Positions 24,360-36,156 of a DNA stretch of 64,000 nt are shown here, in pieces. Position 1 is the stretch's first letter; every line of letters starts with the position of its first letter. The stretch is from assembly GCA_963833985.1 (NCBI GenBank), contig CAWIAD010000002.1, positions 672,001 through 736,000 of the forward strand. Reading direction: 5' to 3'. The DNA comes from an uncultured Planctomycetaceae bacterium. GTDB taxonomy: Bacteria; Planctomycetota; Planctomycetia; Isosphaerales; Isosphaeraceae. The translations under genes and the position numbers were made by a program. The notes under the pieces were generated by a model. It saw only the letters and a program-made list of their open reading frames with translations, was not told the DNA's origin and did no database searches.

Positions 24360-26078
24360 CGACACCGCTGAAATAGCGATCAGTTGAGGGCAGGCAGTGA
24401 TTTGTCCCTCGTTCCCACGCTCCGCGCTTGTCATTCCCGGAAAACTGCATCCATGCATATGCAATTAGTAGTGTACATGTGCATTGATTCTCGCGCGCTC
24501 AAGCTTTGCTCCCCTTACCAGCAGCCGGAGCACCTTCATGCCGCGCCAGAGCGTGATTCAGCCGGGCATCCCGTCTCGTCGCCGGTTCATATGCCCACCG
24601 AGCCGCCCCAGGGCAAGCAACACGTCTGCCACGGTCTTGAGTCCACGCTCGACCGCCAGACCGAGCACCTCCAGCTCGGGCTCCTCCAGGCCAGTGCTTG
24701 CCGCGGGAGCTCCCGGGAAGCCCTTGCCGAGCTCGCGCAGATCCAGCAGCCGAAGCGCCACCACGCTCATCACGGCGATCGCAGCGAACAATCGGTTGCC
24801 CCGCTCCAGCTGCAAATCCTCAGCCTTCATGCCCGTCTTGAGGCCCTTGTGAAACTCCTCGATCAGAAAGCGTGTGCCGTAGTCCATCACCACCATGATC
24901 GCAGCGCTGAAGCTCTCCGTCGGGCTGTCCGTGTAGAGCACCCATTCCAGCGGCGCGACGCCTTCAGGCGGGTCTTGCTCCCAGACCCGCACGAACCAGC
25001 CGTCGATCGGCTCGCCCGTGCCGGCCGCGCGGCCCGCACGCTCGGGTGCCCGCACGCGCACCGGACCACAACTGATCAGGAGCTTCGCGCGCTGCGCGGC
25101 CTTACCATCGCGGCCACGCAGGTCCAGATACATTCCCCCCACGGACGCCACGCCCACGATGTGCTCGAAGACCAGCCCGAGCCGCTTACCATCGGCCGGA
25201 TTGAGCAGAATGCGATTTTGACTGACCCGGATCACGAAACCGTGGCCTGCTGCGCGACAGGACTCCATGTACTCATGAATATCTGCTTCTCGATCGGCGA
25301 CGCGCACCCAGCGGACCTCCGGGTTCTCTGGTGCCGGGCCAATCCGCTTGCCCGACTCGAGCCAGCGATCCGACTCCCGATCCCGGATCTGCCGTTGCCG
25401 CGATCCGGCCTGTTTCGGCGTGTCGGGATCCCGCGGGATGCGGATGAGGTATTGCTGGTCGGCGAGCCCCAGGATCGTGACCGGGGGCCGACGACCGCTC
25501 GCATCAGGTACGGGCGACGAGTCGGCACGCATCGCAAGGATGGAGTGGAGGAGAAAGCCCTGCTGTCCCGGCTCCGAGTCACCAATCGGCCCAAGCCCGG
25601 GTATTGGCTGCTTGCGATGAGAGAACGAGGGAAACGTGGTGTCTTCGATGAGGAGATATCGCCCCGGTTTGCGGAGTTCGGCCATCACCAGTCGGCGGTG
25701 AGTCGCCTGGATCGCATCGGGGACCACCTCGCGTTCGTCGAGGAGGTCATAGGTCGCGTTGATGTCGTACTTGCGGGTGAACAACTCGGGGATCATCTTC
25801 CCGGGTTGCTCAGCGAGGGCCTCCGCAAACGCCATGAGGCGATTCCTCCTGGTGCAATGGCCGAGCCTGATCCCGTCGAACTGCATCCGAGCCCATTGGG
25901 CGGGCGGGGATTGGTGGACTGACATCCCTGTGAACATAGTTGGCTCCATCCATGACCATGCTGGTAGAATCCAGCCAACCATGTTAACACATTCGCGGGA
26001 ATGACAAGCGCAGAGCGTGGGAACCAGTCTGACGCAAGCCGCTTGCCCCTTTTCGTGAACGCTATTTCGACGGTATTG
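24360..26078. mobile_element. MITE-like element copy A (ends C(G/A)A(C/T)ACCGYYGAAATAGCG) whose interior is occupied by an IS4 element
   Basis: Both ends match the element at 49573-53043 in opposite orientation over about 30-70 bp; sits 3 bp from each of two convergent stop codons. Confidence 0.75.
24427..26008 (-). mobile_element. IS4-family (IS50/Tn5-like) element copy 1; transposase has a TGG>TGA stop at 24558-24560
   Basis: TIR CTTGTCATTCCCG / CGGGAATGACAAG; LLIEDTT, VADREADIHE, YGTRFLIEEFHKGLKTG, LGRLGG motifs; near-identical to 51396-52976. Confidence 0.92.
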
Positions 26079-26081
26079 GGC

Positions 26082-26645
26082 TCAATCCCCGTGCTTGCTG
26101 CGCAGGCGCGGGGAGAGCCGCAGAATCAGGTGCGCGCGCTCGAACTGATCGAGCCATTCGCCAGCGATCGTGGCGAGTGCCTGTTCGCCGGGCGGGACAA
26201 ACCCCGTCGGGCACGAGGGACCGAGATGGTCGGCGGCCAGCTTGCGGTAGATCGACAGGGTGCGCTCGCCGTAGCGAAAGACTTCCTTCCAGTCCTCGCT
26301 CAGGAAGACGACGACGGGAACTCGCGCTCCGCCGTTGATCGAAAGATCGTCGCGCACCGAGGGAAGCAGGTCGCGATCAAGGAATCGCAGGTCGATCGCC
26401 GGTGCCGCCTGGGCGAAGAGATCAAAAACGGGACACTGGTTGATGCAGTCGCCGCACCAGGCGCCGCACAGACAAATCACGGGCATCCGCCGCGTGAACG
26501 AACCGAGCAAGTCCTTCTGTCCGGCCGCCAGAGAAAACCGCGCTTGCATCGCGTCCCAGCGGTCGCGCTGGGAGCTATTCGCGAAGCGGTCCAGAAAATC
26601 TCGATAGGGGAGCGACTCGTTGAAGACGGTTGACCATTCGACCAT
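26082..26645 (-). CDS. Thioredoxin-family protein
   Basis: WCGDC motif, DRD, NGGARVPVVVF. Confidence 0.85.
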   Translation of the reverse strand: MVEWSTVFNESLPYRDFLDRFANSSQRDRWDAMQARFSLAAGQKDLLGSFTRRMPVICLCGAWCGDCINQCPVFDLFAQAAPAIDLRFLDRDLLPSVRDDLSINGGARVPVVVFLSEDWKEVFRYGERTLSIYRKLAADHLGPSCPTGFVPPGEQALATIAGEWLDQFERAHLILRLSPRLRSKHGD

Positions 26646-26777
26646 CGCGGGTTCCTGATCCGGAAACGGAAGCCTGCCTCGACGAAACCGCACGCGTGCC
26701 AATCCGTCGGCATGCACGATCGTCCTGACCTCAAAATGGTAGGGATCCCGCTGTCCGCGGTCAATGCGCGTTCAAGC

Positions 26778-28586
26778 TTACCGCTTCGGAGTGCGGCTGT
26801 GTGCCGTGGCGTAGGCGTCGAGGATGCCCATCCGCCCGGGATGAATGATCTCCAGACCGAGCTTCGACTTCACGGCCGAGGAGAGCCGCTGGCCCGAGCC
26901 GGTGAAGATGACCAGCCGCTGACCTTCCGGAAGCGTCAGCAGATCATCAATGCTTGAGAGGTCGCGCTGGGGAAGTTGCGGCAGCGCCGTGCGCAGAATG
27001 AACCGTAGCCAGCCGCCACTGTACGGCTCGGCTCCAGGCCCTTCCAGAGCGGCAGCGGCCCCGCCTTTTCCCGTGTTGCCTTCGGGGCCGACGACGGCGA
27101 GCTGCTCGAACGGCCGCTCGCGATTGCGCCTCAGGATCATCGTGCGGAGCGTCAGGAGGTCGTGCGTTTCACTATGGCGGAAGACCACTTCCTGCACGCC
27201 GGTACCCACGGTGATCGCCAGGATGGAAAGCAGGAACATCGCCAGCACGAGGCGCTGCCGGTCATCGCGGTGCCGTGCCCAGCGGTCCAGCCGGCGGGTG
27301 AACCAGATGGACAGTACGACAAGGTCGAGCGCCAGGTGCAAGCCCAGGGCCGTGGCCGCGCTGGCCCGGTCGTGCGTCAGGTCGTCCAGGGCCCCTTTCA
27401 GATCGCCGCTGGCCCACCAGGCCACGGACATGGCGGTGGCCGGCGCCAGGAAGATCAGGCTGCGAACTGGTACACGGCGGTTGACCAGGTCGGCCACGGT
27501 CACCGCGGCCAGCAGGTTCAGGGGCACCAGCAGAAAAAGATCGAGTGCGCCGAGCGGGCCACCGGGCCAGAAGGCGGGCGCCAGCGCCGCGACCGCCATC
27601 CAGATGACCCAGAAAGTTCCGCCCACGGTCTCGCGACTGTTGTTCTCATCGATCAAGGCCAGCCGAACGGCCCTGGCGGCTCCGTAAAGCCCCAGAGGCA
27701 GAGTCACCGGCGCCAGTTCAATGAGCCGCGCCGGCAGGGAGAGTCCGTCACCGGCCATTCCCCAGGTGCGAAAATCCAAGCCGGTGAGTGCCACCCAGCC
27801 GTACGTGCGGACCATCCGGATGTGCCAGGGAAGGACCATCAGCAAGGCGATTGCGATCGCAAGCATCCCATCCAGCACGCCCGCGACACGCCACCATTCC
27901 AGCCAGCGGAACCGGGCCCGAGGGCGCACAGCAGGAGCCGACGTCGCACCGAGCTTGAGATACACCTGATGCAGCAGCACCACCGGGATGACGACCAGGC
28001 CGAATGCTCCCAGCGCCAGCAGGGACACACCCAGAGCAAGGCCACCGGCAACGACCCAGACGATTGATCCGGCCCAGGGCCAGCGCCGCACCGTCTCCTC
28101 CATGTCGCGCTCATGCCAGGCGTAGCAGAGCAGGGCGCCCACCGCGCCCATCGCGGCCAGAGTCGTCGGGGTCGCTTCCTGCATGCGCAGGAGCAGGCTG
28201 GGGTTGAACCCCACGAGCAGGGCCACGGCCAGTCCCATGCCGCCTCCACGCCAGACCCGTCCATGCAGGTAGGCCAGGAACACGAGCACCGCACCCGCGA
28301 TGTAGCTGGGCAGCACGATGGCCAGCGGATTGAGATCGGCGCTCGAGCGCATGCCGGCCGCGGCCAGCCAGGCATAGAGAGGAGGCTGGAACGAGAGGCT
28401 GCGCAGCGCGGCGGACTCTGCCCAGGGCTTGATCGCATGCGCCGCGGGAACCTGGTCGACAGTCATCCCGTCGAGCACCGCAAGCGCCCGCAGGCCCCAC
28501 AATGGTCCGGGTGGGGTCAGGTCCCAGGAATTGAGCGCCGCCAGGCCAGGCAGAACGGCGACCAGGACGACCAGGGGAAAGAACAT
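26778..28586 (-). CDS. ArnT/PMT-like (GT-C, family 39-like) membrane glycosyltransferase
   Basis: Many TM segments, FQPPLYAWL motif. True start uncertain; possibly near 28710 via a frameshift near 28615. Confidence 0.65.
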   Translation of the reverse strand: MFFPLVVLVAVLPGLAALNSWDLTPPGPLWGLRALAVLDGMTVDQVPAAHAIKPWAESAALRSLSFQPPLYAWLAAAGMRSSADLNPLAIVLPSYIAGAVLVFLAYLHGRVWRGGGMGLAVALLVGFNPSLLLRMQEATPTTLAAMGAVGALLCYAWHERDMEETVRRWPWAGSIVWVVAGGLALGVSLLALGAFGLVVIPVVLLHQVYLKLGATSAPAVRPRARFRWLEWWRVAGVLDGMLAIAIALLMVLPWHIRMVRTYGWVALTGLDFRTWGMAGDGLSLPARLIELAPVTLPLGLYGAARAVRLALIDENNSRETVGGTFWVIWMAVAALAPAFWPGGPLGALDLFLLVPLNLLAAVTVADLVNRRVPVRSLIFLAPATAMSVAWWASGDLKGALDDLTHDRASAATALGLHLALDLVVLSIWFTRRLDRWARHRDDRQRLVLAMFLLSILAITVGTGVQEVVFRHSETHDLLTLRTMILRRNRERPFEQLAVVGPEGNTGKGGAAAALEGPGAEPYSGGWLRFILRTALPQLPQRDLSSIDDLLTLPEGQRLVIFTGSGQRLSSAVKSKLGLEIIHPGRMGILDAYATAHSRTPKR

Positions 28587-28968
28587 GGCCGAGCGCGGTG
28601 CCGGTGCAATCAAGGGGTGAGCGCGGTCGGCGGCGCGACCGCAACCGGCGACCGGGATGGCGCGCCGGCAATACCGTGCGATCGTCGCGGCAGACCCGGT
28701 TCCGTCTTCATCGCCGTGCCAGTCATTTCGTTCCGCTCCCGGTCCCCAGTGTCCGGAAGGCGTCCCCTCGAATTGCTTCCACGCGAACCATAGCATAACA
28801 GCACGGTCTGGGGGATAGCGATCGGCACATGCGAGCGATGCCTTCACGCGCGCGAGCTTCATCCCATGCAGGGCGTAACGATCGGTATGCTTGTTATCGG
28901 CAGAATGGGCCGCTTCCGACCAGACTTTCAATGCCCGCTGGCCCCCCGCAAGGCAATGGGCGCAGCCT

Positions 28969-30546
28969 TCACGGGACGAGCTGGTAGCTCACAAAAGCGA
29001 TCTGCCGCCCATCTGGCGACCAGCAGGGAACGTTGACCGTGCCCTGGCCACCGAAGAGCCGCGCCAGCACGTCGATGTGCCGGTTGTCCAGGTTCATGCG
29101 GCGCAGCGTGACGTCCTGGTTCTCGGGATGACCGGTCACATGCTTCTCGTAAGAGAGAAACACCATCGATCGGCCGTCCGGGGAAATATGCGGAAACCAG
29201 TTATTGAAGTCATCAGACGTGATCTGCTCCTGGCCGCGTCCGTCGGGCCGCATTCGCCAGACCTGCATCGTCCCGGTCCGTACGGAGTTGTAATAGATGT
29301 ACTGGCCGTCAGGAGAATACTCCGGCCCGTCGTCCAGACCGGCAGCCGTCGTCAGGCGGGTTTCCGTGCCGCCCGCGGCCGGAATCGTGTAGATATCAAA
29401 CTCACCGTTGCGCTCCCCGCAGAAGGCCAGGGTCTGGCCGTCGGGCGACCAGCCATGCCAGTAGGATGGGCCGGTCGGGGTGACCAGCGTGGGCGCCCCT
29501 CCCGCAACGGGCAGCGTGTAAATCAATGACCGGCCCGGCGGCTTCGACTGGTCGCTGATGGCCAGCATTGTTCCATCCGGCGAGAGACCGTGGTCGTTGT
29601 TGCAGCGCACGGCAAAACCCGTGTCGACCAACTCGGGCTGGCCGCCCGCCGCCGGGATCTTGTAAATCCGGCCCGCGCTGTTGTAGATGAGCGACTTGCC
29701 GTCCTTCAGCCAGTTGGGGGCCTCGAACCGCGTGGCGGCCACGTGAACCACGCGGCGATCGGTCGAGGCCATGGCCTGCGTTTCGAGCGTGCTGTAGAGC
29801 ACCGGCCGTGCCGACGCAGGCGGCAAGGGTGCGGTGAGCCGAACGTCGGAGAAGACGGCCGTCTCGGTCACATCCTTGTCGTGTGAACAGACGCAGAGAC
29901 CCGCATAAAAGGGATCCTCGAGCACAATGCGCACCGCCGCGCCTGAGAAAGCAGGCGTCTCACCCTCCTGGCCCAGGTACATCACGGTGTACTTGCCGCG
30001 CTTCTCGAGCCGCAGCTTCCTCGGCGCAAGCACGCGGGACTGCACTTCGTGCGTCGCGGCTCCCCGCGCCTCGCGGAACTGAAGCGACGTCAGGCCGTCG
30101 CCATGCACCGCGATATCCACGTAGGCGGAATCCGCGTCCAGGCTCTGCCGGAACATCAGGCATGCCTTGCGATGGGCATTCATCCCGGTGCCGAGAAACG
30201 CGACCTCGGCCGCGAGCGCAGCGTCACCGGAGGCTTGCTTCCAGACGTAATGGAACGCATCCCTGGCGAACCACATGTTCTCGCCGCTGGCGGAGACCTT
30301 GTAGGTCTTCGCGGCGACGTCGAAGGAGGCCTGGCCCGCGTGCAGCACCTGGCCCACATCACCGTGGCTTTCGAAGAGGCCGACGGGCTCTGCGTGCCGG
30401 CCGTCAGATGTGGCCGCAGGTTGCTCTTTCACCTGGACCTCACCGGCCCTGGCCAGCGCGATCAGGTCAGCCCGAACGAGCAGGATCATGCCGATGAGGA
30501 TCGTGGAGCAGGCTCGCATCGTGGTCTTCCTCGCGGATGGTTCCAA
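28969..30546 (-). CDS. TolB-like secreted beta-propeller (PD40 repeats)
   Basis: Signal peptide; [39 protein letters not shown]. Confidence 0.88.
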   Translation of the reverse strand: MEPSARKTTMRACSTILIGMILLVRADLIALARAGEVQVKEQPAATSDGRHAEPVGLFESHGDVGQVLHAGQASFDVAAKTYKVSASGENMWFARDAFHYVWKQASGDAALAAEVAFLGTGMNAHRKACLMFRQSLDADSAYVDIAVHGDGLTSLQFREARGAATHEVQSRVLAPRKLRLEKRGKYTVMYLGQEGETPAFSGAAVRIVLEDPFYAGLCVCSHDKDVTETAVFSDVRLTAPLPPASARPVLYSTLETQAMASTDRRVVHVAATRFEAPNWLKDGKSLIYNSAGRIYKIPAAGGQPELVDTGFAVRCNNDHGLSPDGTMLAISDQSKPPGRSLIYTLPVAGGAPTLVTPTGPSYWHGWSPDGQTLAFCGERNGEFDIYTIPAAGGTETRLTTAAGLDDGPEYSPDGQYIYYNSVRTGTMQVWRMRPDGRGQEQITSDDFNNWFPHISPDGRSMVFLSYEKHVTGHPENQDVTLRRMNLDNRHIDVLARLFGGQGTVNVPCWSPDGRQIAFVSYQLVP

Positions 30547-30616
30547 TGGGTCGAGACAATGAGTCGTTCATGGAGGACGGCCGGCCTCTGCCGCCCGGCA
30601 CGGTGATCGGGTCGGC

Positions 30617-31676
30617 TCAATGCCGCGTGAAACGGTCGAACACGTGAATGACGGGCAACGCGTTGCCGTCGTCGTCAAAGAAACCGCGGCTGCGGAGCGG
30701 GCCGGATACGGCAGGCTCCCACCAGAATATGCCGATACAGCGATGATCCACCGTGGCGAGGGCAAGGCGATTGAGCTCCTCCAGGAACTCCCTCTGCCCC
30801 TCCGGCGTCTCGGGAAAAGGCCCCGGCCTTCGGGTGTATTCCGTGGGCCGCCAGCAATAAGCCGCTTCCACCAGGATGATGTCCTTGCGGTAGGTTCTGG
30901 CCATGAAGTCGAGGTTCTCGCGCAAGGCCAGCAGGCTGCCCTGCCACCAGGGATAATACGACTGGCCGATCACGTCGTACGCGACGCCCAGAGCGTTCAA
31001 TCGGTCGAAGAAGGCCCGGGTGCCGTTCCTGTCCCCGCCCCGGTCAATGTGGATCATGATTCTTGGCCGGGCCTCGTCCCCGCGCCCCGCATCCACGCCG
31101 CGGATCCCCGCCTTCAGCAACTCGGCGAACCGGTCCCAGTGGTCGGGCAGCTTGCCGTCGGGCCAGAGCATGCCGGCGATCACCTCATTGCCAATCTGCA
31201 CCATGTCAGGAAGGACACCCTGCTCGCGGAACGCCCGGATCGTGTCACGCGTGTACTCGAAGACCGCGCGCACCAGATCGTCGTGCGGCCTGCTGGCCCA
31301 TGCATTGGGAATGAACTGCTTGCCCGGATCGGCCCAGGTGTCGGAGTAGTGCAGGTCCAGCAGGAACCTGTAGCCCGCGCCCGCGCTCTTTCGCCAGGGC
31401 CACCGTGTAGGCCACGTTGTTGGGAAGCCGCGTGGGCGTGTGGAACAGCCGCAAGCGCACCCAGTTGTATCCATGATCCTTGAAGATCCGCAGCCCCGGC
31501 CGGGCTTGACCGCCGTCCTTGAAGACCACGCCACGATCCTCGGCCTGCTTGAGGAACGACAGGTCGGCACCGATGGCATACTCTGGCGCAGGGGGCCGAT
31601 CATCGGTCAGGGCCAGGGCACCCACCATGATCAGAAGACACGCGAACACGCCCATGAGGTGAGCCTCGCACATCAA
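30617..31676 (-). CDS. Arabinogalactan endo-1,4-beta-galactanase (GH53); frameshift near 31385
   Basis: GADLSFL, GYNWVRLRLF (ORF 31245-31676); LDLHYSDTWADPG, MVQIGNE, SYYPWW, FWWEP (ORF 30617-31603). Confidence 0.88.
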
Positions 31677-31819
31677 AACCGGCGCAGACGACCCCCGCGC
31701 TCACGCGACCAGCCGTGTTCAGCCTACCCCTGCCACCCCCGGTAAGCAAGCGCGGCGCAGGCCGCTCAGGCTCAACCCGCGACGAGCCAGTGGCGCGCCT
31801 CTTTGGTACGATACGAGCC

Positions 31820-32375
31820 ATGCAGATCCTTCCAGAAAGCTTCTACGATCGCGACGCCGAGCCCGTGGCGCGTGACCTCCTGGGCAAGCTGCTCGGTGCG
31901 CACCGTGGAGGGACGGCAGCGCGTTGGGCGGATCGTCGAGACCGAGGCGTACCTGGGCCCCCATGATCTGGCGGCTCACTCGGCGCACGGCCGCACCGCG
32001 CGCACCGAGGTCATGTTCGGCCTGCCAGGACATGCTTACGTTTATCTGATCTACGGCATGCATCACTGCCTGAACGTGGTCACTGGGCCGGGCAACCACG
32101 CCTCCGCGGTGCTGCTGCGTGCCCTCGAGCCGGTCCGCAATATCGACGTCTCGGCCAGCGGTCCTGGGCGACTCTGCCGCGCGCTGGCGATCGACCGCCG
32201 TCTCAACGGCCATGTGCTCACCAGTGGCGAGCTCATCCTGGCCTTGCCCGATCAGCCCGTGAGCGATTTCCAGGTTGAGGCCAGGCCGCGCGTCGGTGTC
32301 GACTACTCGGGCGAATGGGCACACAGGCCCTTGCGCTTCTGCATCGCCGGCAACCGGTTTGTCTCGCGGCCGTGA
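31820..32375 (+). CDS. mpg: DNA-3-methyladenine glycosylase (MPG/AAG family); frameshift near 31895
   Basis: FYDRDAEPVARDLLGK then GRIVETEAYLG, YVYLIYGMHHCLNVV, AVLLRALEP, GPGRLC, RVGV. Confidence 0.9.
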
Positions 32376-32400
32376 TCGGCCCGGTACCAGGAGGCACGGA

Positions 32401-33417
32401 ATGAGGCTGGGGCTCATTGGCTCGACGGGACACTGGCAAACCTACGCCCCGGCGCTGCGGCGTGTGCCCGGGCTCGTGCTCGCGGCCGTTGCCGTCGCGG
32501 GCCCCGAGGAGACACTCGGCGCGTTCGACCACGCTCCCGGCCTGACGATGGACACCCATCGCCATGATGACCCGGGCCGAATGCTGGCGACGGAACATCT
32601 CGACCTCGTTCAGGTCTGCGGCCGTGCCGACCGGATCCCGCACTGGACCCGGTTCTGCCTGGAACGCGGGCTGCCGGTCGTGGCGGAGAAGCCTCTGGCC
32701 ATGGATCTGCACACCCTGGATGGGCTCTTCCAGCTCGCACGGACCAGGAAGCTGCACATCGTGCCGATGCACACGATGCGCGCGGACCCCGCGCTGGCCG
32801 CGATCCGCCGGGCGGTGCACGCGGGCGAGATCGGCGAGCCGCTCATGAGCTTCAGCCAGAAGTCCTACAAGTGGGGGCAGGACCGGCCGGACGCCTATCG
32901 CAGCCGCAAGACCTTCGCGGGCATCGCGGCCTGGGTGGGAATTCACGCCTTCGACTGGCTGCACGCGATCCTGGGCGACGTCTTTGTCTCGGTCCAGGGT
33001 TGCGAGGGAACCAGGGCGCACCCCGATTTCCCCGCCTGTGCCAGCCAGGCCGCCTTCGTTCTGGCCATGAAAAACGGCGGGGCGGCCGCGGTCACGCTCG
33101 ACTATCTCCGCCCCGAGTCCGCGGCCACTCACGGTGATGAGCGACTGCGGATCGCCGGGACAGGCGGCCTGATCGAGACCGCGCTCGTGGAACGCAAGGT
33201 GACGCTCACCGCGGCGGGCCGTCCTCCCCGCGCGCTCACCCTTGGTCCCGAGACGGATTTGTTCACGCAGCTCGTCCGCTCGCTGCGCGGGGAGGGACCA
33301 CCCCCCATGACACTTGCAGAAGCCTGCCGGATCACCGAGATCGCACTCAAGGCCCAGCAGGCCGCGGACACCGCGGAGGTCGTCTCGCTCCGTGATTCAC
33401 CCTTCCGAGAGGGATAA
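32401..33417 (+). CDS. Gfo/Idh/MocA-family oxidoreductase
   Basis: MRLGLIG, AEKPLA, GIHAFD. Confidence 0.85.
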   Translation: MRLGLIGSTGHWQTYAPALRRVPGLVLAAVAVAGPEETLGAFDHAPGLTMDTHRHDDPGRMLATEHLDLVQVCGRADRIPHWTRFCLERGLPVVAEKPLAMDLHTLDGLFQLARTRKLHIVPMHTMRADPALAAIRRAVHAGEIGEPLMSFSQKSYKWGQDRPDAYRSRKTFAGIAAWVGIHAFDWLHAILGDVFVSVQGCEGTRAHPDFPACASQAAFVLAMKNGGAAAVTLDYLRPESAATHGDERLRIAGTGGLIETALVERKVTLTAAGRPPRALTLGPETDLFTQLVRSLRGEGPPPMTLAEACRITEIALKAQQAADTAEVVSLRDSPFREG

Positions 33418-33445
33418 AAAGCTCCGCCCCGGAAAGACGCACGGC

Positions 33446-34111
33446 TCAGCTTCGCGGCGTCTCGCCGAGGACGATATCGAAGCGCGCGGCCAGCTCGCCG
33501 ATGCGTGACCCTGGCACTGGCGCGAACTCGACGGGAAGCCTTTTGCCGCCCGGGCTGGACATGGCGCGGCGGTAGATGCCGTCCCGCTCGTTGCCGGGAT
33601 GCCCCTTCACGAAGCATTCGGTCGTGAGCTGCACCTTGTGATCCCTGCGGATCTTGAAGTGGATGTGGGCAGCGGGCCGACCGGTGTAGGGGACCGGCTT
33701 GATCGTCCGGAAGTAATACTCGCCGGTCGAGCCCGTCAGGAAGCGCCCGTAACCCTGGAAGTTGGTGTCGAACTTCGCGCCGTCGTCGACGTGGGCCTTC
33801 AGGTACGTGCCGTCGCGGTCGCACTGCCAGATCTCGACGATGGCATTGCGGACCGGACTTCCGCTGCTGTCCAGGACCCGTCCGCTGAGGTGCGTCACCT
33901 CGCCCACGGCGGGAGTGATCGCGTCGTTGATGACGACGAGGTCGTTGTCGGTGTCCAGCGGCAGCTTCGTCGGATAGAACGGCCCCTCCTGAATGCGCGG
34001 GGTTCGATCCAGCTCCTCGGCGAAGGCGCCCCGGACGGTGAACGCCGATGCGCCGAGTGCGCAGGCTCCAAGAAACGCGCGGCGCCCTGGGCAGGCGATG
34101 ATGGTCAGCAT
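33446..34111 (-). CDS. Tat-exported intradiol ring-cleavage dioxygenase-fold protein
   Basis: RRAFL signal, EGPFYP, VEIWQCDRDGTY, TIKPVPYTGRPAAHIHF. Confidence 0.88.
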   Translation of the reverse strand: MLTIIACPGRRAFLGACALGASAFTVRGAFAEELDRTPRIQEGPFYPTKLPLDTDNDLVVINDAITPAVGEVTHLSGRVLDSSGSPVRNAIVEIWQCDRDGTYLKAHVDDGAKFDTNFQGYGRFLTGSTGEYYFRTIKPVPYTGRPAAHIHFKIRRDHKVQLTTECFVKGHPGNERDGIYRRAMSSPGGKRLPVEFAPVPGSRIGELAARFDIVLGETPRS

Positions 34112-34424
34112 CGGAAGAACTCCTCCTGTCGCAGATGGGCGGAATGGAACGGAACGGGTCACGACGTGCTGCGAATGCCCCGGTTGCGAACGGACCGGAA
34201 AGAGGAGACGGGTACTCCGGCCGCGATGCTCGGCATGGAGATCCATGAGACCACAGAACGCTCATCGAAAACAGCCAAAGGGTGAGCAAACCTGTCCCCG
34301 TGAGGTAAACGGCCGCCCTCACTCCACGAGCTTTTCATCCAGGTGCCGCGAGCCTCGACGGCGAAGCTCGCGGCCAGCGGGGTGGCGGGATGTCCCCGCC
34401 CGCAACACCATGGTCCAACCTGCC

Positions 34425-35323
34425 TCAGCGCTTCTTGAGCGTGATGCCGACCCCGGCGCCGTCCATGAGCACGAACGACGTGTCGAGGTTCGGGTCGGTG
34501 GTGATGGCCTGGATGTACTGCGGATTCGGCGAGGGCATCCGCATGTTGTGGGCGATGATCAGCCCGCCGGGCCGGACGTAGGGCAGGACTCCCTGAGATA
34601 GGCGTCGTAACCCTCCTTGTCGGCGTCGATGAAAAGGACGTCGATCGGCTCCTTGTTCCGCACGGCCGTTTCGTGGGCATCGCCCTCGGTGATCACGACG
34701 ATGTCGTCGACGCCGCCTCGCTTGAAGTTCTCGCGGGCCACGGCGATCCGGCCGGGGTCGATGTCGTAGGTGTAGAGCTTGCCGCCGGTCCTGCGCAGGG
34801 CCATCGAGAGCCACAGCCCTGATTCACCGGTGGACGTGCCCAGCTCGACCACCCGCTTGGCGTTGACCGCCTCGGTGAGCTGGCGGAGCAGCCGGCCGTC
34901 AGAGGTCGAAACGTTGGCGTACCGCTCACCCCCGCGGGCCTGATCGATGGCCGCGAGAATGCGCTTTTCGCCATCGTCCTTGGGCAGTGAGGGCTTGCCC
35001 GGGTCGCTGGCACTCGCCATCCCCCCCGCACCGCCACGGCCGGGACCGAAGCCGCCACGGCCCCCGGGGCCGCGCGGCAGCTCGTCGGCCGTCAGCTTGC
35101 CATCCTTGTTGGTGTCGCGCTCGCGGAGCTGCGTGCCGGCCGCGTCGATCTCGGCCGCCGAGAGCGTGCCGTCACGGTTGGTGTCGAACAACTGGAGCAG
35201 CGGGTTCGGCGGTCCCCCGCGCCCCGGCTGGCCGGGCGGCTGTGCCTGGCCTGGCTGGCTGAGACCGATGGTTCCGACCATCATGGCCAGGGTCAAGGCA
35301 ATGGCAATGGCGATGCGCTTCAT
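34425..35323 (-). CDS. Secreted EF-hand + class I SAM O-methyltransferase fusion; frameshift near 34590
   Basis: Signal peptide, DTNRDGTLSAAE and DTNKDGKLTADE loops, then VVELGTSTGESG, FIDADK, and VRPGGLIIAHN in the next frame. Confidence 0.85.
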
Positions 35324-35482
35324 CAGTAGATTCTCCCAGCTGGAAACCCATGTGGGGGTAAGAACGGCGACGAAGACTCGTCGCCACAGTGGACCTCGGC
35401 GACAGCCCGCTGGAGCGGGGCCGCGCGTTTCTCTAAAACTCTCTTCATCCTGGGCCGCGAAGTGCGGCAAGGTGCCTCCTCC

Positions 35483-36156
35483 TCAAGGGGCCAGCAGCAA
35501 GACGGCGAGGGCCACGGCAATGGCCCCGCTCACCGCCACGGCCAGCCCACGAACCCGCCTGAGCTTCAGGTAGAACAACAGTGCCAGGCCGGTCACGGAG
35601 ATCACGGTCAGTCCGATGGCCGAGGCGTCGATGATGACCGACCAGGCGATCCCTGCGTCGCGCCCCTTGTGCAGGTCGTTGATGACCGCGACAAAGCCGT
35701 GCATGGTCTGAGTCACGTCGTAGCGCCCGGACTCGCGGTCAATGAACGCGTCCGCGGCATAGCCGGGCCCCTTGAAGGTGACGGTGCACTCGCGCTCGTC
35801 GGCCCGGAACTCGGCCACGGCCGCACGGATGCCGTGAGTCTTCCTCAGGTGTTCGACGATCTCCAGCCGCGCGATCTGCGACACATCCGGCTCGCCCGCG
35901 GGCGACGCGTCCGGGCCACCCGGGCGCAGCCAGTCCGCAGGCATCTGGCCTTGCGCCGGGACGCGGCTCTCCGGCTCGCCGAACCAGTCGGGGTGGTTCA
36001 GCGTCAGGCCGGTCACACTGAAGAACAGGACGGCCGCCATGCCGAACATGGACACGTAAATATGAAGCCAGCGCATGACGGCGGCAGTCCGGATGGCGAT
36101 CCGGCGGCGCAGCGGTCGCGACGGCTCCCCGCGCCGACCCCCTGGCGCGCGATCAT
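35483..36156 (-). CDS. PepSY-associated TM helix protein
   Basis: RWLHIYVSM, FFSVTGLTLNHP, NDLHKGRD. Start uncertain; ATG overlapping the upstream stop implies a possible frameshift near 36130. Confidence 0.85.

Noticed and set aside
24558..24560. TGA recoding in the IS4 transposase
   Set aside because: Copy 2 has TGG here and TGA is a normal stop in many genes of the window; a simple nonsense change or base error.
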